Numbered from the stretch's first letter, positions 15,164 through 28,425 are shown. The stretch: DNA of 64,000 bases from Octopus vulgaris (GCA_951406725.2 OX597829.1:2976001-3040000); one strand, 5' to 3'. Numbers and translations: made by a program. The notes: generated from the sequence alone by a model not told the origin.

Positions 15164-16745
15164 TAATAATAATAATAATAATAATAATGGTTTCAAATTT
15201 AGTCACAAGGCCAGTAAGTTCAAAGGAGGTGGGTAAGTGAATTACATTGACCTCCAGTACTCAACTGGCACTTATTTTATCAGCTCCAAAAGCATGAAAT
15301 GCAGAGTCAGCCTTAACAGAATATGAACTCAGAATGTGAAGACATGAAATATCAAAGGCTGTGGTTCTGAGACTCAAAGCCACATCTGCTGTACTCTACC
15401 ATTATACCAAAGCAATCTTTCAAATATATCCATTTTTGGAACTTACCAGAAAGAATTGTATGTTGTTGGTGTCATAAGAATTTTATAAACTTTCAAGAGA
15501 AAATGGAATAATTCTGCTAAGGAATATCTCAAAACATGTGCATAAAGGTTATAATAACTTGTAAATATTAGGGTTTTTTACTTTCTCTGTCCAAAAGGGT
15601 TTTTCAACACAATATTTAGAAGCTATTATTTACAGAGTATGTGTGTGTGTTTCAAGATATTCCAAAAAAGAATTATTCTTTGTTCTCTCAAAAGTTTAAA
15701 AAATTCTTGACATCATTAATAAAAAATATCTAAAAAGAAAAATCCACGGAATTCCATTGACTGTTGTTGAATTTAATACATTATGGTAGTTGATATGGCA
15801 ACCCACTTATAAATGGTACAAATGAAATAATATACAACTTTTCCTGTAAAGATATACTTTCAAATTATCTGTAAAAATAGATGTAGGTATATTCCAGAAC
15901 TGGAATGAGATGACTGGGAGTGGATGCTTGGACAGTGATGATCTGGTACGACTGACTGGTTGGACATTGAACCTGCTTTCATGGCAGTACTGGAGACAAA
16001 CACACACACAAACACATATACATACAAAAATGCACGTACAGATAGAGAGAGTGATAAAGAAACCATAAGACAGATAGTGGGATAGAGAATGGAGGAGGAG
16101 AAGGGGAGGAGAATGGGGAGGAGAGGGAGGGGGAGGGGAGGAGAGGAATGGGTGAATGGGAGGAGGGGAGGAGGAGGAGGAGGAGATATGGATTAAGCTC
16201 CTTCCCAAGTCATTATAGTCTCATGGGGCCAGTTTTCCTGATCCTCTGGTGTATATATTTCCACCAGGACAGGACACCAGTCTGTTACAAGATTACTCTC
16301 TTTTGCCAGCTGAGTGTACTAAACAATGTGAAATGAAGTTTTTTTGTTCAAGAACACGACACATTGCCCAGTCCAGGAATCAAAACCACAATCTTACAAT
16401 CATGAGTCCAATATCCTAATCATTAAGCCATTCACCTCCACTAGAGAGAGAAGGAGGGGAGAAAGAATATAAAAATTTGATATAAACTGGCATAAACATC
16501 TTTTCCCTCTCTTCAGACACATAAAGAGAAATATGCTGTTACACATAAACAAGGAGAGAGAGGGAGAGAGAGAGGTGGAGAGAGAAAAAGAGAGAGAGAA
16601 TGCGAGAAACATTAAAACATCTGATGTCAAAGAAGTCATCAAATGAACAATGCTCAAATAAGGAGAACCTAAACAGCGGAGCCAAAACAGTTGATCCAAA
16701 ATGTTTCATATTTTTCCAGAATATAATAACATTAGATCTGTATTA

Positions 16746-16978
16746 GGTGGCGAGCTGGCAGAGTCGTTAGCACGCTGGGCGAAATGCTTAGCGGTATTTC
16801 GTCTGCCATTACGTTCTGAGTTCAAATTCCGCCAAGGTCGACTTTGCCTTTCATCCTTTCGGGGTCGATTAAATAAGTACCAGTTATGCACTGGGGTCGA
16901 TGTAATCGACTTAATCCGTTTGTCTGTCCTTGTTTGTCCCCTTTGTGTTTAGCCCCTTGTGGGTAGTAAAGAAATAGG
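16746..16978 (+). mobile_element. tRNA-derived SINE family B
   Basis: ggtggcgagctggcaga...gagttcaaattcc (B box)...gcctttcatcctttcggggtcgat...aagtaccag. More than ten decayed copies elsewhere (e.g. 435-790, 12960-13170, 13501-13675, 15190-15350, 28880-29325, 32575-33235, 33910-34100, 59180-59310, 60840-60960). Confidence 0.88.
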
Positions 16979-18607
16979 TATTACGTCTGTCTTAGGCCAC
17001 TTGTAGGTAATAAAAAATCAACATTAGATTTGTATAAATTTGTTACCTAAAAGTTAAAGACGTGTTTACCATTCCATTTGTAATTGTCACAACAACTGAA
17101 AGAAGACACTATATTTATCATTATCATTCACATCATCATCATCATCATTAGTAGCAGCTTCATATCATTGTCATCATATCATCATCATCTTTTCAATGTC
17201 CCCTTTACAGGGCTTGTACATGTCAGAGGGAATTTGTCAGGGCAGATTTTCTATGGCAGGATCTCTTACCTGTCTCCAACCCTCATCTGGTTTGAAGCAA
17301 GTTAGGGTTTGCCCAAAACAAGAGGTTTTCACAGAGGATTCGAAACAAATGCCACTATTTATATGGTGATGCACATTTACGAGTATCATTTGATGTCAGA
17401 ACAAGGAGATACACACATAAATACATGCACACACACACAGATATTTATATATCAACTTCACGGCAGGAGGTGCAGATGAGGGCAGCTGCATCAAACTCTC
17501 TCATGCACCAAATGTCAATTGCTAAAAAGCATTCGTGAAGTAAAATCATGTAGCAACACCGAATGGCGGTGCCCCAGCATGGCCACAGCTCGTGAGCTGA
17601 AACTAGATGAAAATGAAAAAAAAAAATTTTTATCATATATATACACACACACACAAACCCCATGCATGCATACACACACACACACACAAACACAAACACA
17701 TGCATGCACACATACACACAAATACATACACACAATGGGTTTCTTTCAGTCTCTGTCTACCAAATCCACTCACAAAGATTTTGGTTGGCCCAGAACTATG
17801 GTAGATGACATCTGTTCAAGCTGTCAAAGCATGGGACTGAACCCAGAAACATGTCATTGGAAAACAATTATCTTAGTATTGACAGTATTGTGTTCCAGAA
17901 TAAAGCAATACCAAGTTTTATGAAAATTGTTAACCATAGAATTAAAGACTTTATAGCAGTTAAATAATCTGTATATTATTCTATAAAAACTAGAATAATA
18001 CACAACCATTTTTTGTAGAAACATAATACAGATACAAACATGACTGTGAGCTTGGGTTCAATTTCACTGTACTGAATATTACACACATGTCCTCTGTTGT
18101 GTGTGGGAAGCTGTGTTTTCTTGACTTGACATTTCATGATAGTTAATCAATGACACTCTTTGATCCAACACCATAACATGAATCCATTAGATTTAGATAT
18201 GAGGAAATAGTCTGATATTTCCCAACTCACAGTTATAAAAAACTCTTATTACATTGCCAGATGTTCAAAACACTGCATATCACTACACATACACACACGC
18301 ACACACACACCACACACACACATGCGTGTGTATTTGTATATGTGCATGTCTGTTAAAATTTTGGAGGAGCAGAACAGGTCCACATCATCAGTTGTACAAA
18401 GTAAGAACAGAGATAGTTCAAAAGAAATTTCGAAGTGATTATTATGAAATTCCTTTTACAGAAATTCTCTGCTCTTACTCAGTAACATGTAACAATGTGG
18501 ACATGACCTGCATCTGCAAATTAAACTGTTAGTAGCTGCTTAAAATTTCAACTAAATATGTTGAGCACTACTTCCTTTCATTGTATCAACCACTCATAAA
18601 TATTTAC

Positions 18608-18720
18608 TCAAAATAAGCAACAAGGATATCCAAGGCAGAGTAGTACAATTGTTTCATGCTACTTCATAGCATGAAACAATTGTACTACCCTACCTTGGAT
18701 ATCCTTGTTGCTTATTTTGA
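18608..18720. repeat. Near-perfect palindrome with 54-bp arms and a 5-nt loop
   Basis: 18608-18661 pairs with 18667-18720 with 2 mismatches; the loop is cttca. Confidence 0.96.
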
Positions 18721-18915
18721 TTATAATCACCCCATTTGATTTATATGGATAATACCCTACAAAATTCTGGAGCCTTTAACTTAAGTACCATATTCATCTG
18801 AATCTAAATTTTGCTGAACTTATATATATATCCATAGCTAAAGTATTCCTGTTATATTACTCTGAGTTTACCATTTCTGTTTTACAGAAATGTGTGTCTG
18901 TGTGTGTGTGTGCAT

Positions 18916-18959
<44 letters not shown>

Positions 18960-19933
18960 TGATCCCTCACTGTATCGTTGTTCCCCTATTTCGGTTTATT
19001 ATTTAAGCTTACATTAATTCCTCTGTGGTGTTGTTTTGCATTTATATATCACACTGTGGCAGAAAACACAAAGAAGAGCAGCACTGGCCAACTCAGTCGT
19101 TCACCAGAAACAATTCTGGGAAGAAAGCTGGGAAGTGGATGTAAGATAAAAAGTAATAACACTAAAGGTAAGGCAGTGCTCCAACATGGCCTCCGCCACT
19201 AGCTGAAACCAGTAGAAGTCAAAGGTAAAAGAAAAGTATATATATATGTGTGTATGTATGTTTTACTTGTTCTAGCAGACACAGTCATCTCAAACACCAG
19301 AAATGAGAAACTCAGATGTGTGCTTAGTAAAAAGTACTCAACTTCCAATAGATATAACGTATACTCTACATTTTGTATTGAGTACTGTCTTTCCCTCTTT
19401 CTATTCGCACAAATTTTGTCGCCAAAAGAAATATACACAAATGGATTCATACATGCATATGTGTGTGAATGTATGAATGTGTGTGTCTGTATGTGTGAGT
19501 GAGTGAGTGAATGAGTGAGTGAGTGAATGAGTGTGTGTGTGTGTGTCTGTCTGTCTGTCTGTCTGTGTGTGTGTGTGTATTAGGTAGAAGTAGTAATAGT
19601 TGTCTATTGAAAATTTTTCTACATTTTACATTCTCTGATATTAATCTTAAGTTTGTGAAATAATATTGGAAAATCTTGTTTGTTTGTTTGTTCTGGTTTT
19701 ATGGGGTTTTTTTTAGTTTTTTGGGGGTTTTTTTTAGGGTAAGGTGATATCAATAACCCATTATTTCTGTTTTAATCCTATTTTGTGCTTTTGTTTCTTT
19801 TTCGTTTTAATATATTTTATTATTTAATTTTTTTATTTATAATTTTGTTTTTGTTTAACTAGAATTTAAAAGAAAGAAAAGAAACAAAAAGAAAATAATT
19901 ACGACAAAAAGCGGCGATTAAATTGTCTTTGAA

Positions 19934-19939
19934 TTTATT
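19934..19939 (-). promoter_or_regulatory. Candidate polyadenylation signal AATAAA overlapping the USP stop codon
   Basis: Minus strand reads TGAATAAA, with a U/GU-rich tract about 25-70 nt downstream. AATAAA is common in AT-rich DNA, so use of this site is unproven. Confidence 0.35.
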
Positions 19940-20142
19940 CACTTTTTGTCTTTGTTTCTGCAAACTAGAACTGGAACAGGTGAATGGTGGACACAGTAAT
20001 CACTGACACTCCCCATAATTGCTCGCTGCACTTTACCGATTCCTCTGGAACCAAGAATCAATATAGTTGCACCTTCAGTTTTCACAACCTTTATGATGGC
20101 TTCACCTGGTTTGCCGTTTACCTGTAATAATCTTCCTTGTAA
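19939..20142 (-). CDS. Universal stress protein (UspA-like) gene, last coding exon with stop codon
   Basis: Minus strand reads tatttcAG|TTACAAGGA...AAAAAGTGA, 204 nt. It encodes LQGRLLQVNGKPGEAIIKVVKTEGATILILGSRGIGKVQRAIMGSVSDYCVHHSPVPVLVCRNKDKK*. This carries the USP hallmarks GKPGEAI, G-2x-G-9x-GS (GSRG...GSVS) and DYCVHHSPVPVLV. Confidence 0.96.
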   Translation of the reverse strand, partial: LQGRLLQVNGKPGEAIIKVVKTEGATILILGSRGIGKVQRAIMGSVSDYCVHHSPVPVLVCRNKDKK

Positions 20143-20239
20143 CTGAAATAGATGAACAAAGAAACAAAAAAAAAAAAAAAGAGAGAGAGAGATAATTACA
20201 CTGTATTTATAATTATATTAGTAAACAAGCAAATGAAGG

Positions 20240-20700
20240 GGGGGGCGAGTCTACATGGTTGTGCAACATGCTAGAAATAGTGGTTAAATCAGTCTCAGAT
20301 CATTTTAGAGGAAGATACATTGTAAAATATGAACATGTGTGCTTTGCATATAGGAAGAATAAATGGGATAGTCATGGTTGGAATACCTTTCATCATAAAT
20401 CTCTTCAATGAGATTTGACCTTGGACTAAATAGCAATGATAACATACAACTAAGTCTATGTGGTCAGCTTAACTGGTGAGAAATAACAGCCAAACCATCT
20501 CACAATTCCTATCTCACCATCTTATACTATCTTAGAAGAGTACATGTTGGACAATGTGATCCATGATTCTGTAAATGTAGGAAAAAAATTGATGGCCATG
20601 GTTGGAATCTTTTGATCATAGCTCCAGGTCAGCACTGCAGGTCAATTGTTACTATTTAGTTGTTTGAGCTCAATAACAACAACAACAACAACAACTATAA
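20240..20700 (+). repeat. Dispersed, often tandem, degenerate repeat (family E)
   Basis: Motif series gctagaaatagcagc.aaatc...cattgga.aatg...ggat.gtca.g..tggaat..ctttgatcata...ctgacc..gg.ctaaa.aacaac. Two tandem units here; related copies at about 21590-21740, 34500-34680, 35910-36300, 37150-37380 and 55090-55270. Confidence 0.6.
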
Positions 20701-20831
20701 CAACAACGCTATACAATCATTGGTAGAATTCTGCTTTATGCATGCCATATAATCCCTCGTAATTTTTTTTTAATTTTTAAAATTTTCTTAAAATTTTTGT
20801 AAATTTGTATTCTGCACAGGGGAATTTACAT

Positions 20832-21241
20832 TCTTTCTTTACTTGTTTCAGTCATTTGACTATGGCCATGCTGGAGCACCACCTTTTTAGTCGAGCAGAT
20901 CGACCCCAGGACTTATTCTTTGTAAGCTCAGTACTTATTCTATCGGTCTCTTTTGCCAAACCGCTAAGTGACGGGGACGTAAACACACACCAGCATCGGT
21001 TGTCAAGCAATGCTAGGAGGACAAACACAGACACACAAACACACACACACATACATATATATATATTTATATACATATATACGACAGGCTTCTTTCAGTT
21101 TCCGTCTACCAAATCCACTCACAAGGCATTGGTCGGCCCGGGGCTATAGCAGAAGACACTTGCCCAAGATGCCACGCAGTGGGATTGAACCCAGAACCAT
21201 GTGGTTGGTTAGCAAGCTACTTACCACACAGCCACTCCTGC
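20832..21241 (-). mobile_element. tRNA-derived SINE family A, full-length, in a USP intron
   Basis: Highly similar to the 10.2 kb and 44.0 kb copies. Confidence 0.88.
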
Positions 21242-21949
21242 TATGAATCAAAAGATTAATCTTTTACTTTTTATCTTTTACTTATTTCAGTCATTTGACT
21301 ATTACCATGGTGGGAGCACCACATGGAAGAGTTTTGAATGAATTAACTCTTTTGTTTACATTTTATGTGATTCTGGCTCAGTCTCCTTAGCCGTAAACAA
21401 TTGCTACGAAGACTGCCAAATGTTTTGCTCACATAACCAGCATATCTTGCAGATATGAAAGTTTTTGCCACACCAAAATATCTTTTATAGACTTCAAGAA
21501 GACATGAAGTTTTCAGTGGTACCATAGTAACAACATTTTTATAGGTCATGGCACTGAGTACCACTATCTAACTGTGGTCAATCAATTTGCCGGAAACAGC
21601 AGCTAAAATCTCCTTCATATTAAACCTCCTTGTCTTAAAAAGTAAGGTAAATGGAATGATATAGACCATGATGCAGTATAATACAAAAAAGATGGATAGT
21701 CACACTTGGAACTCTCTCTTACCTGGGGCTAAATACTTCACTGAGGTTCTCACCTGAACTTTGTAGAGAGTAATTATTTGGGGCTGAAGTAGCCTCTAGC
21801 TATAAAGAGAAGAGCTAGTCCTTAAGATACAGTCCTAGCTATGTAACTTTTGTATGAAAGAGCCTCAATGGAAGTGATAGCTAGAACTTAGTATGATCAC
21901 AAGGATTCTAGTTATGTGCTACTCATATCTAAAAGGAGGAGGTGCTATG

Positions 21950-22830
21950 GAGTTTTTTGTATTTTTTCGTTTTTGTATATGAGTAATGTTTCTTTTGTCT
22001 TTTTTTCTTGTTGAAAGGGACAAGATTAAAATGACGCCTATTAGAAAATGCTTTCAAGGTATTTGTTTACAGAATTAGGGTGTGTTTAATGTGAACTATC
22101 TAAGTCATGAGTGGTCAACACTTGGGTGGAGAAGGCTAGGGAGGAATAATGGGTAGCATTGTAAGAGTGGATACAGTTGGATATGATGGCAGATTGGTCA
22201 TTAAAGTATAGAAAGACGAATGCAGATAACTGAACTATTCTCTGGATACACCAGAGTTGATAGAATATAGTTCAGTAGAGAACTCCATTGGCACAGGTCA
22301 TCAATAATGCAGTCTGATGAGGAAGCTACTGATCCACGAAATAAGAGAGAAATTGGTTCCATAGGCAGGCAGTTATGAGATTTGTGAAACAGATACAGCT
22401 GAAAGCTATTTTTGATATTAGGGCCAAAAATCACTACTTTCAGTAAACTTCTCAGGCAACATCATTCCACTAGTGAATGACAATGGATCTCTCTTTAATG
22501 ATAATCAATACTGAAGCTAAACAAGCAGTCATTAAGGGGACAGTGAGACTCAAGTTGCCAGACAATGTTATTAAAGATTGTCTCCATTACCTATGAGTTA
22601 TTGAAAGTAGATGTTATAAAATGACAGTTGGTAGGGTGAGACAGGATTGGAGTCAGAGGGATTTTCTTTCTTAGGAAAGAGACACACTGCAGTATATTTT
22701 CAAAGATCAAGATATATTCCTGTAGGGATAGAGCTGAAAAGTTTGGTGAGCGTAGAAGCTACCTCTTGAGTATGTTATTAAGGATAATGAAAGAACAATG
22801 TCAGAGTTGGTTACCATTTTGATATGAAGT
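21950..22830 (-). mobile_element. Old, scrambled CR1/L2/Jockey-group RT fragment in the last USP intron
   Basis: Minus-strand remnants LTKLF...GIY...PKKENPSD and LISWISSFL, with many frameshifts. Confidence 0.5.
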
Positions 22831-23009
22831 GACCAGTAATACACAGACACTCAATAAAATTTTTCTTTTTTATTTATAATGTTTTGCATTTACCATTCCA
22901 AGAAAATTTAGTCTCAGTTCAACAAAGGTATTGAGAATCTGTCTTGAATTTGGGAATGCAAAATTAAGATTATTGTGGAAATTGTTCCAAACTGAACTGA
23001 AAGACATAC

Positions 23010-23122
23010 CTTTGCCATCTTTAATTTGTTTGTGTATTTTTCCATTAATTTCCGTACCATTTCTTTCTCTTTCTTTATTAACTCCACAACAATAGCTGGA
23101 TCCACTCCACCAGATGTTAAAG
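23010..23122 (-). CDS. Universal stress protein (UspA-like) gene, middle coding exon (phase 1 to phase 0)
   Basis: Minus strand reads tatttcAG|CTTTAACA...ATGGCAAAG|GTatgt, 113 nt. It encodes LTSGGVDPAIVVELIKKEKEMVRKLMEKYTNKLKMAK, the long charged helix of USP. Phases match both neighbouring exons. Confidence 0.9.
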
Positions 23123-23216
23123 CTGAAATATATACATATATGATAATTGCTTTTTATATGCATATATGCATGTGTGTGCATGTGTGTGTATGTGTGTGTG
23201 TTAGAGAAAGACAGAG

Positions 23217-23249
<33 letters not shown>

Positions 23250-23699
23250 AAGAAAGAGAGAGAGAGAGCATTTGTGTGTGTTAAAGAAAGAGAGAGAGAG
23301 AGAGAGAGAGCGTTTGTGTGTGTGTGTGTGTTTGTGTGTACATATAAATATCTTATGATTTTGCTCAGGTATGCTGATACCAATGACCCCTTGTCCGAAT
23401 TCAATATTCATATACTTTAGAGTAAAGTTTTATGAGAGTACACAGCATAATAGTAATTAATGAATGACAAAAAACAGGTGTTACATAGTCACCTTCATTA
23501 GCTTACAGCTGTTTCTGCAATAAGAAAGGGTGCACTTAGTGCTTGTGCAACATCTTTTAGATACATCAGAGCCATTAAGATGAAATGTATGTTTATTTTG
23601 AAAAGCAGTTAACAACATACAAGCATACATACTCACATACATATGTACATATGCATGTATATAACAAAGTATATTTATATATATATATACTAAATTTAA

Positions 23700-23921
23700 C
23701 CCTTTTGATACCAACCTGCCTAAAACCAGCTCTGATTTTGTGGTCCAAATGTCTTGTTTACAAAAGTTCTGAATTAAAATCTTCCACCAAATCTTAGTCA
23801 TAATTTATGTTACTAACACTAGCTTAATGATAACTAAGTTATTTTACTAAATTCTTTGTTATATTCAAAATTAATTGAAAGAAACACAGAGCATTTCAAC
23901 AGAAATATGGTAACAAAAGGG
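23700..23921. mobile_element. piggyBac-like MITE in a USP intron
   Basis: TTAA|CCCTTTTGATACCA...TGGTAACAAAAGGG|TTAA. Confidence 0.82.
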
Positions 23922-24537
23922 TTAAACAGCTAAAGCCACATAGATGTGCAAGCATTTTCTTCTCATGCCTCATAAAACATAATTAGCTTAAGAAAGCTAA
24001 AATATAAAAGCTGTAGAAACACTGCCAGATCAGACTGGGCCTGGTGCAGCCTCCTGGCTTCCCAGACCCCAGTCGAACCGTCCAACCCATGCTAGCATGG
24101 AAAGCAGACGTTAAACAATGATGATGATGATGATGATGATGAAAATATAAAAGCTAAAGAGAAAATTGATAAATATTGTAAGTTAAACCAAGAGAAGACT
24201 GTACTGTATGTGTGGTGTGTGTGTGTGTGTGCGTGCGTGTGAGAGAAAGAGGGGGGGCAGAGGCATGGTTGTGTGATTAAGATGTTTTGCTTCAGTTTGG
24301 GGTTCAGTCCCGCTGTATGGCAGCTTGGGCTGGTGTTTTCTACTATAACCCTGGACCAACCAAAGCCTTGTGAATGCATTTGGTAGACAGAAACTGAAAG
24401 AAGCCATTGTGTATGTGTGGGAAGTTGTGAAAGAGGGAGACCCAGAAAATATGGAATGAAGTATTGAAGGCCAAGGACCAAGATATGTGGGACATTCCTG
24501 TACTGGAGAAGACCTGCCCACTACAACAGAATTGAAA

Positions 24538-24953
24538 GGATCTTTTCGGTTTGAACGGCAGTTTTTTCTAGCGGTGTCATATGAAATTGTCACCCATAAC
24601 TATGACCCTAGAATCGATCTATTGCATTTCAATCTGTTTTAGGGTTAGGGGTGTGGGGAAGGGTATCATTTTTTCTTCACAAATGTAAATAAAACCAATC
24701 TGTTTCTTAAACGAGGGACATATTCATACTGCACAGAATATTTTTTTACCTCAATAGATGTCACTGACTGGTTGAAATTGCAGAAATTGAAGAAAAAAAA
24801 CAACAACAAATATCTTACAAGCCATAGAATTTTCTCAATAAAGCCAAGAGAAAAAGATGTTTTGTAAACACATTCTACCAATATACGAAGTTTAAAAGTG
24901 TTTAGTTACGTGGAAACTATTTAAAAAAACTGCCGGTCAAACCGAAAAGATCC
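24538..24953. mobile_element. MITE with about 30-bp TIRs and a 9-bp TSD (Mutator-like)
   Basis: GGATCTTTTCGGTTTGAACGGCAGTTTTTT ... AAAAAACTGCCGGTCAAACCGAAAAGATCC, with flanks gaattgaaa and aaattgaaa. Confidence 0.8.
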
Positions 24954-25379
24954 AAATTGAAATCCTAAAACCATGGCAATACATTAAAAAGTGTTAGTGT
25001 GGGTGTTGGTGCCACATGAAAAGCACTCCATGGATTGGTTGACGTTAGGAAGGGCATCTAGCTGTAGAGATCAAGTCTAAACAGACTAAGGAAGCTTGTG
25101 TGGCCCCTGGCCTTGTCAGTTCCTGTCGAGTTGTTCACCCCATGCCAGTTTGGGAAACAGACATTAAATGATGATGATGATGATGATGATGATGATATAG
25201 TAATCTTCCTCTTCATCTCCTCATTCACTCCCCATCTCCTTCGCATCTCCTCCGCATCATCATCATCATCATCATCACCCTTCTCTTTCCCTTCATCATT
25301 GTCATCAACAGGAGCAGTATTAGAAATAGTAGCAGTGGTGTTGGTTGAAGTAGTATTTGCAGTAACAGTAGAAGTGTTT

Positions 25380-25380
25380 A

Positions 25381-25431
<51 letters not shown>

Positions 25432-25534
25432 CAGCAGCAGCAGCAGCAGCAGTGGTGGTGGTGGTGGTGGCAGCAGTAGTAGTGGTGGTGGTGGTAGCAG
25501 CAGCAGTAGCAGTAGTAGCAGCAGCAGCCGCAGC

Positions 25535-25592
<58 letters not shown>

Positions 25593-25612
25593 AAAGCAGC
25601 AGCAGCAGCAGC
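25380..25612. repeat. Compound (GTA)n/(GCA)n/(GTG)n microsatellite
   Basis: Directly visible; it generates the poly-V/A ORF 25098-25724. Confidence 0.95.
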
Positions 25613-26749
25613 TACAAATTTGTATACTAAATTTAAATGTATAGGAAGGGCTACTACTACAGGGGAGGATTACTACAAGACTGTAAGAAGACTATTTAGG
25701 GTCAATGGCAGGAGATTTAATTAAAAAAATAGTTTGTTTAAAGCTTTCCTTTAAAACTTGTTTTATTGAATTTAATATATTAAGGACACTGAACATTTAT
25801 TTCAAATTAAATATATTGGAAACATGGGTGTATTAGAAAATTAACTCAATTTTCTACATATTTTACATGTTCGTTGTGAGCTACCCTACATTAATTAACC
25901 AGTCTCAGGTGTTGTTTCAAGATTTTATCAAATTTTTTCCCTAAAGTAATTTTATTATCAGCTCTTTGACTTTTCATGCTTTCAATGTAATCTGCTGATT
26001 AGATAAAAATATTTTCCTATATCCCAAATGATGTGCTATTCTAAGCAATTGCTGAATAAAACATTTTATTCAAATATTCTATGATATTTGGGGAAATTTT
26101 TAAAAAAATGTATTTCATACTCTAGGGAGTCAGAAGCTGTTTCATTATTAAAAAGGTCGGACACGAAATTGTTCTTATATCAATGTGGATTGTGATATCC
26201 AAGGAAAAAGCAGGGATTTCTTTATTGCAAGACTTTTCTCTATACTATATATGCGTGTGTTTGTGTGTGTGTGAATTTCTCTCTCCCTCTCTCTCTTCTC
26301 TCTCTCTCCCTCTCTCTCTCTCTCTCTCCATCTAAATTAAAATTTAATAAAGTATTATTACTATTATTAAAATAACAATAGGGTAAGGCCAATTTTATTA
26401 TGTTCCTTACATACACCATGTGTTTTTTTTAATAGTGGCAAATTTGTGGCTTTGGAGTGTTAACTCCTATTTCTAGCAAGTGGTAATCCAGTGCACTAAT
26501 TAATTTATATGTAAATTTTACCTATTTAGGTTAAACTTGCTGACCACTTTATTATTATTGTTATTTTAATAATGGTAATAATACTTTATTAAATTTTATT
26601 TATATATATATATATTGGCCTGCTCGCTTAGCCAGCGGGGTGGCATCATTCAAAGGCTGAAACAATGCAAATGCATTGTGACCAGCGATGTGTAACAACT
26701 TCTGATGGTCTGGTCGGTCACGTGGTCACGTGATATATATATATATATA

Positions 26750-26961
26750 TGAAGGGATGCTGAATGGTTCCTGGCTTTGAGTAAAAAAAAATACAGAAGA
26801 ATCAGTTAATTATGATTTTATTTAACGTACTTCCCACCCGGAATCACACTTATTGCAGTGGTCATTCATGTTTTGTAAACTCTGTAAACGAACTCAAGGT
26901 TGAGCCTCCAGCCCAGCCTTTGTGATATCCTTAAAGCCAGGAACTTTCCAGAATCTTCTCG
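26750..26961. mobile_element. Mariner-type MITE with TA flanks
   Basis: Imperfect TIRs ta|tgaagggatgctgaatggttcctggcttt ... aaagccaggaactttccagaatcttctcg|ta. Confidence 0.6.
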
Positions 26962-28239
26962 TAGATCACATTAAAGCATAAATTTTATGTGATAGAACCA
27001 AGGGCAGTCTCAGGTAAGTTGCTATCAAAAAGTTAATAATAGTTGCAAATTTTGGATCAGAGAAAAGTGGGCACTTCAAATACATCAAACTCGCCACTGG
27101 TACTTTATTTTATCAATCCTGAAAGGATGAAATGCAAAGTTAACCAAGCTTTTGTTGCAGAGGTTACCTGTGGAAGGGGTAAAGGTGAGATGAAGTGGTG
27201 AGAAAGGATCTTCAGATGCTGGGCCTCATTGAGAAAATGACAAGGGACCAGGAGATATGGTGATATGCTTTACTTGATAAGACCCATCAAGCTAAGTAAA
27301 ATCGCTGTCTTCAACACATACAGGTATGTCCTTTCAGGTACAGGTACCACTTAAAAACACCTATGCAAGTACTGTGTTAATGCATCCATGACAGTGCTGT
27401 GTAGATACACCCATGCCAGTGGCATGTAAAAAGCATCCATCATGCTCTGTAAAGTGGTCGGTGTTAGGAAGGCTATCCAGCCATAGAAACCATTCCACAA
27501 CAGACTGTTGGGGTCTGGACAGCTTCTCGGTTGGCCAGCACCTGTCAAGCCATCCAACCCATGCCAGCATGGAAAGCAAATTTTAAACGATGATGATGAA
27601 GGTGACGATGATGATGATGATAATGGACATAAAGAACCAGGAGAAATGCCACTAAGCATTCTATCTGCCGTGTTAACAATTCTGCTTTGGCAGACCATTC
27701 CAGCCGTTCTTCACTGTCAAAACGTCACCAATAATTTGGAGAGTCACCAAAGTAAATAATGTTTATGTCAACGCAATCAGCTGATATGTAATTATGTAAT
27801 AGTTTGATGTGGTTCATTTTGAGTTTGAACTCTTCATTGATTTCACAATATATTGATTTCCCATAAAGTTGTGTCACAGCTTGTATTTATTTGTTTTGGT
27901 AATTATTTGAGTATTTCATTGAACAATACCCAAATTGATCAAACAGCATTGCAGCTGCAGTTCACAGACATTTGCATTATCTCCCACTCACCTTTTTGAT
28001 TCTTGAGAAATGGCACGCTCACTCATTCTATCCAATCTTCTGCACTACATTAACTTATATATACACTTCCCTCAAACCTGGGTGCACCCTGCCACATCTT
28101 CACCACCTCTCTCTGCCTCCCTCCATCTCCCTCCATCTCCTCTCTCCACTCCCTTCTCCCTCCATCTCCTCTCTCTCTCCTTTCTCTCTCCCTCCCTCTC
28201 CTTCCTCTCTCCTCTCCCTCTTCTCTCTCTCTCTCATTC

Positions 28240-28425
28240 TTTGAATTTTCTTTCTCCACATATTTCCAAATGTTTGCTCAGTGGAATTTTCTGTAGTTCC
28301 ACTTGCTGGATTTGCTGTCTGTGCATTCTTGCACGTTGGCAAAGGGAATCGTTAGTTTCACCAATATAATTTCCCTTGAATTTGGGGCAAGCAATGCAGT
28401 ATATGAAGCTTTGCAGCACCATCAT
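28240..28425 (-). mobile_element. Penelope-like element GIY-YIG endonuclease fragment
   Basis: Reads FIYCIACPKFKGNYIGETNDSLCQRARMHRQQI...PLSKHLEICG, i.e. IY...YIGET...R...H with the Cys/His pattern of PLE endonucleases. Confidence 0.8.

Noticed and set aside
22314-22345. CTGATGA...CGAAA hammerhead-like match
   Set aside because: Stem pairing is poor, and the opposite strand encodes an RT remnant (LISWISSFL), so the match is probably coincidental.
25098-25724. 208-aa hydrophobic ORF resembling a membrane protein
   Set aside because: Composed of a retroposon tail plus (GAT)n, (GTA)n and (GCA)n microsatellites.
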